From: Candidatus Eiseniibacteriota bacterium
GTDB taxonomy: Bacteria > Eisenbacteria > RBG-16-71-46 > CAZAMP01
Length of the DNA: 64,000 nucleotides
Assembly (NCBI GenBank): GCA_965224245.1
Contig: OZ245046.1
Coordinates: forward strand, 3,680,001 to 3,744,000
Direction: 5' to 3'
Each line of letters opens with the position of its first letter. Positions within the stretch are counted from its first letter, which is position 1. A program made the translations under genes and the position numbers. Below are positions 39,497 to 49,182 of this stretch, one piece after another. The notes beneath the pieces were generated by a model. It worked only from the letters and a program-made list of their open reading frames with translations. It did no database searches and was not told the DNA's origin.

Positions 39497-41902
39497 TCAT
39501 CGCTCTCGATCTCTCCACTGCACCGGCTCGTCCGACGGCCACAGGTCCCGCGCCCGGCTGATGAGCTCGGCCAGCTCGATGGTGTCCGGATCCGATCCCC
39601 GCTCACCGGCGAGGTCGTCGGCCAGAGATGCCAGCTCGCCGAGGTCGGCGTCCTTGGCCCAGTACGAGCCCCGGAGGATCTCCGCGAACTCGGCCACCAC
39701 CGCGTCGCGCCGGAACGACTGCGGCGCGCGGTCGAACGCGCGGGCCACGTCGCGGGCCCGGAGCGTCCGGGCAGTCTCTGAGATCCGGCCGGTCTCCGGA
39801 TCCTCGTACCGGATGCGTACGGTCGCGATCTCGTCGTCACGCCGCACGCGGTCGTCGAGCGCGAGCTCGAACAGCGCGGTCACCTCGTGCCCGGCGCCGA
39901 CCTCGCCCGCGTCGACGGCGTCGTTCCGGAAGTCCCGATCGGCCACGTCGCGGTTCTCGTAGCCGAGGAGGCGATACCGATCGACCGCGTCCTCGTCGAA
40001 CTCGACCTGGATCTTCGCGTCGCGCGCGATCACCTGGAGCGTGCCCATGAAGTTCTCCTTCAGGACGCGCTCGGCCTCGTCGGGTCGGTCCACGTAGTAG
40101 TAGTTGCCGTCGCCCTGGTTCGCGAGCTTCTCGAGCAGCACGTCGTTGTAGTTGCCCATGCCCACGCCGATCGCCGTCAGGTAGATGCCGCGGCCCGCCT
40201 GGCGCTTGATGTCGGTCAGGATCGACTCGGCGCCCGTGTTGCCGACGTTGGCCACACCGTCCGAACACAGCACGACCCGGTTGCTCTCGTCGGGGTCGTA
40301 CATGCGCTCGGCCAGCCGGTACCCCTCGACCAGCCCCGCGCCGGCGTTGGTGCCGCCCGACGGCACCAGGCGCCCGATCGCGTCCTCGAGCGCCCAGCGA
40401 TGACGCACCGACGTCGGCTCGGCGACCGTGCCCGCCCGGTTGTTGTAGGCCACGATCGCGACCTCGTCGTCCGGGTGCAGCTCGTACAGAAGATCGACCA
40501 GCGCGCGCTTGACCAGCCCGATCCTGTTCTCGCGGTCCATCGAGCCCGACACGTCGATCACGAACGTCAGGTTCAGCGGCTTGCGATCGGCAGTCGAGAT
40601 CTCCCGCCCCTTCAGCCCTACCCGCAAGAGCGTCAGCCCCTCGCCGAAACGCGACGGCGCGGCGTCGAGGTGAATCGCGAACTGATCCGCGTCGTCCGCG
40701 AGCTCGCTCCGGCCGAACCAGCCGGATCGGTCACCGCTGGCCACGTCGTAGCCCTCGGGGGGGTCGTAGTCGTGGCGGAACGCGTTGACGAACTCCTCGA
40801 CCCGGATCGCATCCCTCGGCGGCAGGACGCCACGGCGGAGGTAGCTCCGGGCGAGCGTGTACGATGCGGCGTCCACGTCGACCGCGAAGGTCGCGAGCGC
40901 GTCTTCCCTGGTCTCGACGAACGGATTGACGCCGTAGTGCTCGAAGTACATCGCGTCGATCTCCTCGCCGTTGACGGGATCGGTCCCCCCCACGGCGATG
41001 GGACCCGTGCCGATCGCGCCTTCGTCCGCCACGCCGCTCCCGCTGCCGTACAGCTGCTTCGTGGCGGTCCACGACCCCTCCCTGAGCTCCGGCTCGGCCG
41101 GTGGCGGGGAATGGTAGCGAGCCCCGCGCTTCGAGGCGCTCCCGGCGGCCTCCGACATCGGACCGGAGAGGGGATCGTTTCGTGAACGTTCCTGCTCCGC
41201 CACCAGGGCCGCCACCTCTTCGGGTCGACCCCCTCGAACACGGAGCGGGTCACGCACCGCGACCGTACCGGGGCTCGACGTGACCTCGCCGGCGTCGTCG
41301 GACATCCCGTCCACGCGCTGCGTCGAGAACGTGGCCTCGCCTGGATCGAGAACGAGAGTCGGCGACTCCTTCTGCGCTCGCCCCTCCCGGGCGTCGACGG
41401 ATCCGGCGACGTCGCCGTGCGACTCGACCGGTGCGGACGGCGGCGAGGCATCGGTCACATCCGAGTCGGCTTCGTCCTTCACTTCGGCGACGTCGGACCC
41501 GGCGGGAAGCTCGACCGCATCCTCCACGGCCGCGGCGTCCCCCGACATTCCCTGCTCCGAGGTCTCGCTCGCACGACGCGGGGGGACGTCCGCGTCCACA
41601 CGGCCCTCGCCGGTCTGTCCTGCCGGATCGTGGGCGCTGCCAGCCGGCGCACCCGGCACCTTCGAGAGCTCGGTGACCCTCGGAATCTCGTTCGCGACCG
41701 GGACGCTCCCGGGCGTCACGCCGCGGTCCCACATCACCACCACGAGCGCCACGACGCCCAGCGTCGAGATCGCCGTGGCCGGGATCCCGAGCCAGCGCCA
41801 GCCGCGACGCTTCTTCGCGTTCGCCGACTGGATCGCGCTCCAGACCTTCTCGTCCTCGTCACGCGTCAGCCGGGCCCGGTGGCTGTCGAATTGCTCCTTC
41901 AT
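39497..41902 (-). CDS. Membrane-anchored YfbK-like vWA protein (vWF_A + VWA + DUF3520), probable anti-sigma partner
   Basis: TFAVDVDAASY, RVEEFVNAF, MIDAS DVSGSM, SDGVANVG, YRLLGYENR and DAGEVGAGHEVTALFE. N-terminal TM; overlaps the ECF stop. Confidence 0.88.
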   Translation of the reverse strand: MKEQFDSHRARLTRDEDEKVWSAIQSANAKKRRGWRWLGIPATAISTLGVVALVVVMWDRGVTPGSVPVANEIPRVTELSKVPGAPAGSAHDPAGQTGEGRVDADVPPRRASETSEQGMSGDAAAVEDAVELPAGSDVAEVKDEADSDVTDASPPSAPVESHGDVAGSVDAREGRAQKESPTLVLDPGEATFSTQRVDGMSDDAGEVTSSPGTVAVRDPLRVRGGRPEEVAALVAEQERSRNDPLSGPMSEAAGSASKRGARYHSPPPAEPELREGSWTATKQLYGSGSGVADEGAIGTGPIAVGGTDPVNGEEIDAMYFEHYGVNPFVETREDALATFAVDVDAASYTLARSYLRRGVLPPRDAIRVEEFVNAFRHDYDPPEGYDVASGDRSGWFGRSELADDADQFAIHLDAAPSRFGEGLTLLRVGLKGREISTADRKPLNLTFVIDVSGSMDRENRIGLVKRALVDLLYELHPDDEVAIVAYNNRAGTVAEPTSVRHRWALEDAIGRLVPSGGTNAGAGLVEGYRLAERMYDPDESNRVVLCSDGVANVGNTGAESILTDIKRQAGRGIYLTAIGVGMGNYNDVLLEKLANQGDGNYYYVDRPDEAERVLKENFMGTLQVIARDAKIQVEFDEDAVDRYRLLGYENRDVADRDFRNDAVDAGEVGAGHEVTALFELALDDRVRRDDEIATVRIRYEDPETGRISETARTLRARDVARAFDRAPQSFRRDAVVAEFAEILRGSYWAKDADLGELASLADDLAGERGSDPDTIELAELISRARDLWPSDEPVQWRDRER

Positions 41903-42519
41903 GACCGCTTCTCCTGAACACCCGCCCTGGCTCCGCCGCCGGAATCGATCGCACGCTCGCCGGTCGGCTCGAGAACGACCTCACCGCGAAGTCGCGCCCG
42001 GAGCGCATCGCGCCCGCGGAACGCGTGAACGCGCGCGGTCGACGCCGAGATGCCGAGCATCTCGCCCACCTCTTCGAACGAGTAGCCCATCCACTCGTGG
42101 AGCAGGACCGCCGACCGTTGCCGGTCGGGCAGCTCCCCGAGCGCGCGCCCGAGGCGCCGGGCCTCCTCGGGATCGCCGCCGGCGGCGACGTCCTCGGGGT
42201 CCGGGGCCTCCTCCATGGAGACGGTGCGCTTGAGCCGACCGAGCAGCCGCCGCTTCCAGTCCTTTGCCCGCCGAATCGCGATCCCCACGAGCCAGCTCTC
42301 GAGGCTCCCGTGCCCTCCGTAGGAGCCGATGCCTCTGAGCGCGTGCAGATAGGTGTCCTGAAGCACGTCCAGTGCCTCCTCGCGATCGCCGAGGTGATAG
42401 ACCAGGAGCCCGAAGAGACGCTCGCGGGTGGCGCGGTAGATCTCGTGCCACGCGGACTCGTCGCCCGCGGCTGCCTGCTGAGCCAAGGCCATGTCGGAAT
42501 TGAAGTTAGAAGCTTCCAT
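41899..42519 (-). CDS. ECF RNA polymerase sigma factor
   Basis: ALDVLQDTYL, SLESWL and LPDRQRSAVLL...GYSFEEVGEMLGISASTARVH. Confidence 0.88.
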   Translation of the reverse strand: MEASNFNSDMALAQQAAAGDESAWHEIYRATRERLFGLLVYHLGDREEALDVLQDTYLHALRGIGSYGGHGSLESWLVGIAIRRAKDWKRRLLGRLKRTVSMEEAPDPEDVAAGGDPEEARRLGRALGELPDRQRSAVLLHEWMGYSFEEVGEMLGISASTARVHAFRGRDALRARLRGEVVLEPTGERAIDSGGGARAGVQEKRS

Positions 42520-42895
42520 CCGGTCGTCCCCAGCCCCCCGGTTGCCAGATGTCCACGCGGCGGGGCGCGCTCCCGGCGTCCCTGGCCGCGTGCATCGTTC
42601 GGACTCGACCCACCCCCGAAGGCGCCACCCGAGGGTCGGTCTCAAAGAGTCGGTCGTGATCGCGATCGGGTTCGTTTACCCGCTCGGCACGTTTTCTCAT
42701 TATCTTCGCCCCGGACCCTCGCGAACAGACGGAGGTCGCGTTCCGGGGTGCCGGGAGCGGCGCTCCGCGTCACGCCGGAGGCTCCGGCTCGTGGGATTGG
42801 ACAGCTCCACCGTCGGGGTGGGTCCGGCGGGGACGCCTCGGCGGTACGATCGGGGTGACACGGAGGTGGCGCGGCGGGGAGCCGCGCCCGGCCGC

Positions 42896-45067
42896 TCACG
42901 GGGTCAGGATGATCCGCCGGGCCGTCACCCGGCCGTCCACGCGGAGGCGTGCGTGGTAGACGCCCGCGGCGACCGGGGTCCCGTCGTCGGTCTCGCCGGT
43001 CCAGGCGACCGAGTGGGCGCCGGCGCCGGCGCGTCCGTCGATCAGTCGTCGAACCCGGCGACCGGCCGTGTCGAAGATCTCGAGGCGCACGTCCGCCGCG
43101 CGGGCGAGGACGAACCCGATCCGCGTGGCCGAGGCGAAGGGGTTCGGGCGCACCGCCATGGCCACGACCGGCCCGGGCGCGGCCTCCTCCTGCACGGACA
43201 CCGCCTCGGTCTCGGTGAAGACGTACACCCCGTCGTAGCCATCGCCCACGATCACCCGATCGCCCTCGACGGCCACGCCGCGGGCCCAGTGGCCGGTGTC
43301 GTAGAAGCCGACCTCCTCGAGCGCGGACGGATCGGTCACGTCGATCACGCGGAGACCGCCCCACTCGTCGGCCACGTAGGCACGATCGCCCTCGAGTGCG
43401 ACGTCCTGGGCCGCGTGCGGCGTATCGAAGCGCCCCACGAGGAACGGGCTCGACCGATCGGTCACGTCGATGATGCGAAGGCCCACGTTTCCGTCGGCGA
43501 CGTACGTCCGGTCGTCCCGGTAGGCGACGCGCGCCGAGGAGCCGGCGGTGGAGAGCCCGCCCACGAGCACCAGATCGGTCGGGTTCGAGACGTCGTAGAC
43601 CCGCAGGCCCTCGGCGCGCTCGGCCGTGAACACGAAGCCGGCCCCGTCCGATGTGACGCCGGTGACGGAGTTGTCGAGCCCCGCGTCGATGCGATCGAGG
43701 AAGACCGGCGACGACGGATCGGCCACGCTCACCGACGAGAAGCCCGACCCACCGTTGGCCACGTAGGCGATGGTCCCGCTCACGTGCACGTCGTAGGCCC
43801 AGTCGGGAAGGACCAGCGACCCCAGCTCGACCGGGGCCGTCGGGTCGGCGACGTCCAGGATGCGGAGTCCGCTCGCTCCGTCGGCGAGGTACGCGCGATC
43901 GGCCACCACCGACACGCCGAACGCGACATGCCCCGGTGCCGAGGCCGCGACCAGCACCGGCGCCTCGGGGATGGAGAGGTCGAGGATGCGGAGCCCGGCG
44001 ATCCAGTTGGCCACGTACGCGTGATCGCCCACCAGATCGACGTCGTACACGAAGTAGCCGCCGGGCACCGTCGTGTGCACGGCGGGCGCGGCGGGGACGC
44101 TCGCGTCGACGAGGCGGAGACCCTCGGGCCCATCGGACACGGCGAGCTGGCTTCCGGCCACGGTGACGCCGATGGCGCCGTCGGCGCCGCTTCCGGGCAG
44201 CGAGCCGATCTGCACCGGCGCGCCGGGATCGGACACGTCGATGACCCGGAGGCCGTCCTCGCTGTAGCACGCAACGAAGGCGAGACCGCGCGTCGCATCC
44301 AGCGCGACGTCCCAGAAGAGGTAGCCCCCCGAGCTCAGCGTCGAGATGGGCGTCGGCGACGTGGGATCTCCGACGTCGATCACCGTGAGCGCGAACCAGC
44401 CTGCCACGTACGCGACGTCGCCGTCGACGACGACGGCCTCGGCGAAGTCCAGCGCGGGGACGTAGGCCCCCACCTCGACCGGGGCGGAGGGATCGGACAC
44501 GTCGATCACCCGGAGGCCGTTGGTATCGTCGCACACGTACGCCAGACCGCCGGCCACGTCGACCCCCAGCGCGACGCCGGCGGTCTCGATGAAGCCCAGC
44601 GGCGCCGGATCATGCGGATCGGCGACGTCGAGAACGTGTAGCCCGTGTCCGTCCACGACGTACGCGCGATCCCCGACCACCCGGATGTCGTGTGCGATCA
44701 AGACGTCGTCGAACGCACCGACCTCGACCGGCGCTGCCGCGTCGGACACATCCACGATGCGCAGCCCGCGGCTGTCGTTTCCGACGTAGGCGAGCGTTCC
44801 GTGAATCTCGACGTCCACCACGAGCGAGGGCAGGATCGTGGACCCGAGCGTGATCGGCGCACCCGGTGTCGACGCATCGACGACGAGGAGCTCGGCGCCT
44901 CGACCCATGTAGACGAGGTCTCCGACGCGCGTGGCCGCGTTACAGGGGCCATCGGGCCACCGGCCGGTCAGCTCGATCGTCCCGGCGCGGCCGGTCGTGG
45001 GCACGGCGCTCGCGCAGAGCGCGACGAGCCACATGACGACGTCGCGGATGCGAGGACGGGGATGCAT
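42896..45067 (-). CDS. Secreted LVIVD-repeat beta-propeller protein with FlgD-Ig C-terminus
   Basis: About 13 repeats of AYVAD..GLR(I/V)(I/V)DVSDP.AP, then PNPF...FDTAGRRV...AGVYHARL. Confidence 0.88.
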   Translation of the reverse strand: MHPRPRIRDVVMWLVALCASAVPTTGRAGTIELTGRWPDGPCNAATRVGDLVYMGRGAELLVVDASTPGAPITLGSTILPSLVVDVEIHGTLAYVGNDSRGLRIVDVSDAAAPVEVGAFDDVLIAHDIRVVGDRAYVVDGHGLHVLDVADPHDPAPLGFIETAGVALGVDVAGGLAYVCDDTNGLRVIDVSDPSAPVEVGAYVPALDFAEAVVVDGDVAYVAGWFALTVIDVGDPTSPTPISTLSSGGYLFWDVALDATRGLAFVACYSEDGLRVIDVSDPGAPVQIGSLPGSGADGAIGVTVAGSQLAVSDGPEGLRLVDASVPAAPAVHTTVPGGYFVYDVDLVGDHAYVANWIAGLRILDLSIPEAPVLVAASAPGHVAFGVSVVADRAYLADGASGLRILDVADPTAPVELGSLVLPDWAYDVHVSGTIAYVANGGSGFSSVSVADPSSPVFLDRIDAGLDNSVTGVTSDGAGFVFTAERAEGLRVYDVSNPTDLVLVGGLSTAGSSARVAYRDDRTYVADGNVGLRIIDVTDRSSPFLVGRFDTPHAAQDVALEGDRAYVADEWGGLRVIDVTDPSALEEVGFYDTGHWARGVAVEGDRVIVGDGYDGVYVFTETEAVSVQEEAAPGPVVAMAVRPNPFASATRIGFVLARAADVRLEIFDTAGRRVRRLIDGRAGAGAHSVAWTGETDDGTPVAAGVYHARLRVDGRVTARRIILTP

Positions 45068-45346
45068 GGCGGCTCCTTCGGATCGAGGTCCCGAGGCCAT
45101 CGTCGCCCGTCGCGCTCGTCGACGCGCCGCCGAACCGAGCGCGAGGCGTCCGTCGCCGGGGTAGTCCCGGCCCGAGCTGCGCGTGATACATCGCGTACGG
45201 CGCACGCCGTCCCGCTCCGCCACCTGCGTCGCGCCAACCGATCTCACAACGCGTTGCCGAGAAGGGCGTTGGGGCGTATCCTGGGCGCGTTTCCGTCAGC
45301 GCCCACCGCGCGCCGGACGCGGCGCCACGCCCCGCCAGGAGGACCG

Positions 45347-46069
45347 ATGGCTTCGGATGCGTTCAAGATCCTGATCCTCAACGGACGCCCCGCATCGGGC
45401 AAGTCCGAGACGATCGACTTCCTGAAGAAGATGCCGGCCGCCGAGCGCCGCGCGCGCTTCCACATCGGCGAGCTGGACGAGATCGACGACTTCCCGATGC
45501 TCTGGACGTGGTTCGAGGAGGACGCGATCCGCACGAAGCTCCTCGGCGTGGAGCGCGTGCACACCGACGACGAGGGCTACTTCAAGCACCCGCACCAGTG
45601 GAACCTCCTCATCCGGCGCATGAACCTCGAGTACGAGAAGCGTCTTCGCGACCCCGGCTACCACGACCGCCATACGACGCTGATCGAGTTCTCTCGCGGC
45701 ACCGAGCACGGCGGCTACCGCGAGGCATACTCCCATCTCAGCCCCGAGGTCCTTCGCGCGGCCGGGATCGTGTACATCGACGTCTCGTTCGAGGAGTCGC
45801 TCCGGAAGAACCGCCGGCGCTACAACCCGGAGCGTCCCGATTCGATCCTCGAGCACGGTCTCCCCGACGAGAAGCTCCGCAAGATGTACACCGAGGTCGA
45901 CTGGGAGACGTTCCGCGGCTCCGATCCGGAGGTGATCGACGTCGGAGGCATCGCCGTCCCCTACGGCGTCCTGCACAACGAGCCCGAAGTGACCGATGCG
46001 TTCGAGACGTGGGCACCGGCCTTCCAGGCGATCACCGATACGCTGTGGCGGCGACGAGGCGGTGCATGA
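45347..46069 (+). CDS. Uncharacterised P-loop NTPase/kinase-like protein
   Basis: ILILNGRPASGKSE Walker A; AGGAGG RBS. Confidence 0.75.
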   Translation: MASDAFKILILNGRPASGKSETIDFLKKMPAAERRARFHIGELDEIDDFPMLWTWFEEDAIRTKLLGVERVHTDDEGYFKHPHQWNLLIRRMNLEYEKRLRDPGYHDRHTTLIEFSRGTEHGGYREAYSHLSPEVLRAAGIVYIDVSFEESLRKNRRRYNPERPDSILEHGLPDEKLRKMYTEVDWETFRGSDPEVIDVGGIAVPYGVLHNEPEVTDAFETWAPAFQAITDTLWRRRGGA

Positions 46070-46512
46070 GCGACGTCCTGCCCGAGTACGAGCACACGGA
46101 GATCGGCTGGATCCCACTGGTCGTGATCGGCTTCGTGGGTCTGGTGGTCACGGCGGTGAAGCCCCCGACGCCGACGCTCGTGGTCATGGTACCCGTGCTG
46201 CCGCTCGTGCTCCTGCTCGCCGGATGGATGCGGGTGGTCGTGTCGCGCGACGACGTGCGCTGTCGACTGGGGCTCTTCGCGCGGCGACGGATCACGATCG
46301 CGCGCATCGTGTCCGCCGAGGCGGTCGGGCTCCCCTGGTACTACGGCTGGGGGATCCGCCTGACCCCCAAGGGGTGGCTCTGGCGCGTGTCGGGACTTCG
46401 CGGGGTGCGCCTGACGTACGAAGACGGCGGCCACTTCACGATCGGTACCAGCGACGACGAGGCGCTGGCGCGCGCGATCAATCGTTGCATCGCGATCGCG
46501 CGCCCCGGGTAG
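46066..46512 (+). CDS. Small membrane protein (two TM helices plus PH-like domain)
   Basis: ATGA overlap with the upstream gene; YGWGIR...W.VSG..GV.L....G..F.IGT pattern. Confidence 0.7.
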   Translation: MSDVLPEYEHTEIGWIPLVVIGFVGLVVTAVKPPTPTLVVMVPVLPLVLLLAGWMRVVVSRDDVRCRLGLFARRRITIARIVSAEAVGLPWYYGWGIRLTPKGWLWRVSGLRGVRLTYEDGGHFTIGTSDDEALARAINRCIAIARPG

Positions 46513-46647
46513 ACCGACGGAGTGAGCTGGGCACGGTGCGAGCGGTGCGGCGGTGTCCAATCGCGCCAGGGCGGAGCTTCATCTGACGACGTGCTACGAT
46601 GTCGTCGCCTGGGGCGGCGCAGCGTACGATCCACCGGGAGTGTCCTC

Positions 46648-47373
46648 TTGGCCCGTTCCTCGATCAGACCGCTCCTGACCGGCGGCGCACTCCTCGCGGC
46701 GACCGGCATTGCCGCAGCCGCGGCGAGCGCGGGCGGCGGCTACGGCTGTGCGTCCGGCGGCTTCATCTTCTCACCGCCATCCTACGCCGGGTGCGACGAC
46801 GCGGCGATGTACGTCGATCCGTACGACTGCGAGACGCACACGTTCGGCGGTGCCGACACCGGGATAGCCTCGTTTGCGTGGGTGGTGATCGGACATCGAT
46901 TCGCCGACACCGGGCGTGGCATCTCCGAGCTGTGGTTCGGGGTCGAACACGACCTCCTGATCCGCACCGACGGCACGGGCAATCCCGCCTGGGCGCTGTG
47001 CACGGGCGGCGATGAGATCCCCACGGCGGACTGGCCGGAGTCGGGAAGCGCCAATCACGTGACGTGGGCCGGATGCGCGGAGCCCGATCGCCTGACCGCG
47101 GTCGGGTTCCTCGTCATCGACCCCGACGCCGCGGCACGGACGGCCGAGCTGGCCGACCACCCGGCGGTGGATGACGTGATCTGGAAGGACTGTGACGGCT
47201 CGCCGTTCTTCATCTGCGGGTTCAACCGGTGGACCGCGTTCACCGATCTCGGTGGGCACACCGGTTGCGGCGATGCCATGTGCGCAGATACGTTCGAGGA
47301 CCCGCCGCCGTGCACGCTCGCGACACCGGTGATCGACCGCTCGTGGGGCTCGGTCAAGTCCCTGTTCGACTAG
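46648..47373 (+). CDS. Secreted Cys-rich hypothetical protein with C-terminal SWGSVKSLF motif
   Basis: GGGAG then TTG 46648, a signal peptide, and the end TPVIDRSWGSVKSLFD. Confidence 0.7.
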   Translation: MARSSIRPLLTGGALLAATGIAAAAASAGGGYGCASGGFIFSPPSYAGCDDAAMYVDPYDCETHTFGGADTGIASFAWVVIGHRFADTGRGISELWFGVEHDLLIRTDGTGNPAWALCTGGDEIPTADWPESGSANHVTWAGCAEPDRLTAVGFLVIDPDAAARTAELADHPAVDDVIWKDCDGSPFFICGFNRWTAFTDLGGHTGCGDAMCADTFEDPPPCTLATPVIDRSWGSVKSLFD

Positions 47374-47737
47374 GAGCCGGACCCGCACCTCGCCGCGCGA
47401 GCGCGTTCGATCGCGCCGTCCCTCGAGGGGTCGCGGCCAGCGCACCGAGGAGCGTGAACAGCGCCACGCCCCCCAGGATCACGAGCATCCGCGCGTAGGG
47501 CTCACCGAACGCGGCCCGCTCCCGGGCCAGGACGATCGCGGTTCGCATCCACTCGACCGCACCCACCACGAGTACGACCTGCACGGCTCTCCGGCTCCAC
47601 GGCCGGCGTACGGCGAGCAGCGCGAAGGCGCCCGCGAACCCCACCGCAATCGCCGGCAGCGGAATGCCGGCCCGGAGGAGATGCGCCCCCTGGAGCAACA
47701 GGCTCAGCACGACGGCGATCATGCGCAGGAGATGCAT
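47354..47737 (-). CDS. Small four-TM hypothetical membrane protein, last gene of the hem operon
   Basis: MHLLRMIAVVLSLLLQGAHLLRAG...EWMRT...GEPYARMLVILGGVALFT. Start overlaps the hemY 3' end. Confidence 0.7.
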   Translation of the reverse strand: MHLLRMIAVVLSLLLQGAHLLRAGIPLPAIAVGFAGAFALLAVRRPWSRRAVQVVLVVGAVEWMRTAIVLARERAAFGEPYARMLVILGGVALFTLLGALAATPRGTARSNALARRGAGPAPSRTGT

Positions 47738-49182
47738 CGATCCCTCCCGGATCGCTCGCGGACGTCGTCGCAGACCCGATCGGCTACCCGGAAGGCGTCC
47801 TTCACGCAGAGATTCATCGAGATGCCGCGCAGCCAGTTGCCCGTCAGCGAGAGCGTGGGTCGGCGCGCCTCCAGCGTGTCCACGGCCCCGACGACGTCGG
47901 GATGTCCGATGTCGTACTGGGGGATTCCCATGCGATGGCGGAAGACCCGGGTGAACACCGGATCGTCGCGCTCGCCGAGAATCGATTCGACGTCGGCGCG
48001 AACGCCCGCGAGGGTCTCTGCCTCGGACAGATCCGCCACCTCCGGATCGTGGGCGCCCCCGACCAGCGCGCGCACGAGCACGTGGTTCGCCGGGGCGCGA
48101 CCGGGAAAGAGGGTCGACGTGAAGAGCACGCCGAGCGTGCGGATCCCCTCGCTGCGCGGGATCAGCAGGCCGAAGCCGTCCAGCGGGTGGGCGAGGGCGT
48201 GTCGCGGGTAGCCGAGACACACCACCGAGATCGGTGCGGCCGTGATGCGTCCGAGCGCCGACGCCGCCTCGGCCTCCCACGGTGCGAGCCAGCGCGCCTG
48301 GGCCGGTGCCGGTGAGGCCATGACCACCGCGTCGGCGGGGACGACCTCGCCGTCGACACGAACGTCGAACGCCCGGTCCCCGTGCGGCGTCACGGACTCC
48401 ACGTCGACTCCGGTCTGGACCGCATCGCCGAGCGCATCGGCGAGCGTCCGGACCAGGGTCTCCATGCCACCCTCGAGGCTGTGAAGCACGCCGCCGGGCC
48501 CGGCGGGCCCACGGGCACCGGAGCCGTTTCCGGCCGCCGTGTCCGGAGCTTCCGTCCTGGCGGCGGCCTTTCGCTGCCGCTTCAACGCGATCATCGCCCG
48601 GAACAGCCCGCCGTGATCGCGCTCGAGCTCGACCATGCGCGGGAACGCCGCGCGCAGGCTCAGGCGATCGATGTCACCGGCGAAGATGCCGGAGACCATC
48701 GGATCCAGGAACGACGCCGTGAAGCCCCGACCGAGCCGGCGCCGCCCGAAGCTCGCCACCGTCTCGTCCTCGCCATCGCGCCTGGCGGGGACCATCGGCT
48801 CGGCCAGAACACGCGCCTTCGACAGCGGGCCGAGAAGCCCGGTGCGGAGGAACCCGGCCGGGGACTCGGGGAGTGCGTGGAGCGCGCCGCCGCGATGGAT
48901 GAAGCGACGCCGCGCGAGATCGTCGCTCCGCAGGAGCCGGGAGCCGAGACCGAGCATCTCGACGAGCTCCAGCATCCGGGGCTCGTTGTCGAGGAACCCG
49001 TTGGGTCCCCACTCACATCGGAAGCCGTCGGCCGCGTCGGTCCGGACGTGTCCGCCGGCCCGGTGGGCCTTCTCCAGCACGAGGACACGGCTGTCGGCCT
49101 CGGTTTCGGCCAGCCGGCGCCGGATCAGGTACGCGCACGCGAGGCCGCTGATGCCGCCACCGATGACGACGATCGTTCTCAT
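47719..49182 (-). CDS. hemY: Protoporphyrinogen/coproporphyrinogen oxidase (HemY type)
   Basis: VIGGGISGL, EWGPNGF, GIFAGD...LS...FP, GFGLLIP and IPQYDIGH. Confidence 0.92.
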   Translation of the reverse strand: MRTIVVIGGGISGLACAYLIRRRLAETEADSRVLVLEKAHRAGGHVRTDAADGFRCEWGPNGFLDNEPRMLELVEMLGLGSRLLRSDDLARRRFIHRGGALHALPESPAGFLRTGLLGPLSKARVLAEPMVPARRDGEDETVASFGRRRLGRGFTASFLDPMVSGIFAGDIDRLSLRAAFPRMVELERDHGGLFRAMIALKRQRKAAARTEAPDTAAGNGSGARGPAGPGGVLHSLEGGMETLVRTLADALGDAVQTGVDVESVTPHGDRAFDVRVDGEVVPADAVVMASPAPAQARWLAPWEAEAASALGRITAAPISVVCLGYPRHALAHPLDGFGLLIPRSEGIRTLGVLFTSTLFPGRAPANHVLVRALVGGAHDPEVADLSEAETLAGVRADVESILGERDDPVFTRVFRHRMGIPQYDIGHPDVVGAVDTLEARRPTLSLTGNWLRGISMNLCVKDAFRVADRVCDDVRERSGRDRCISCA

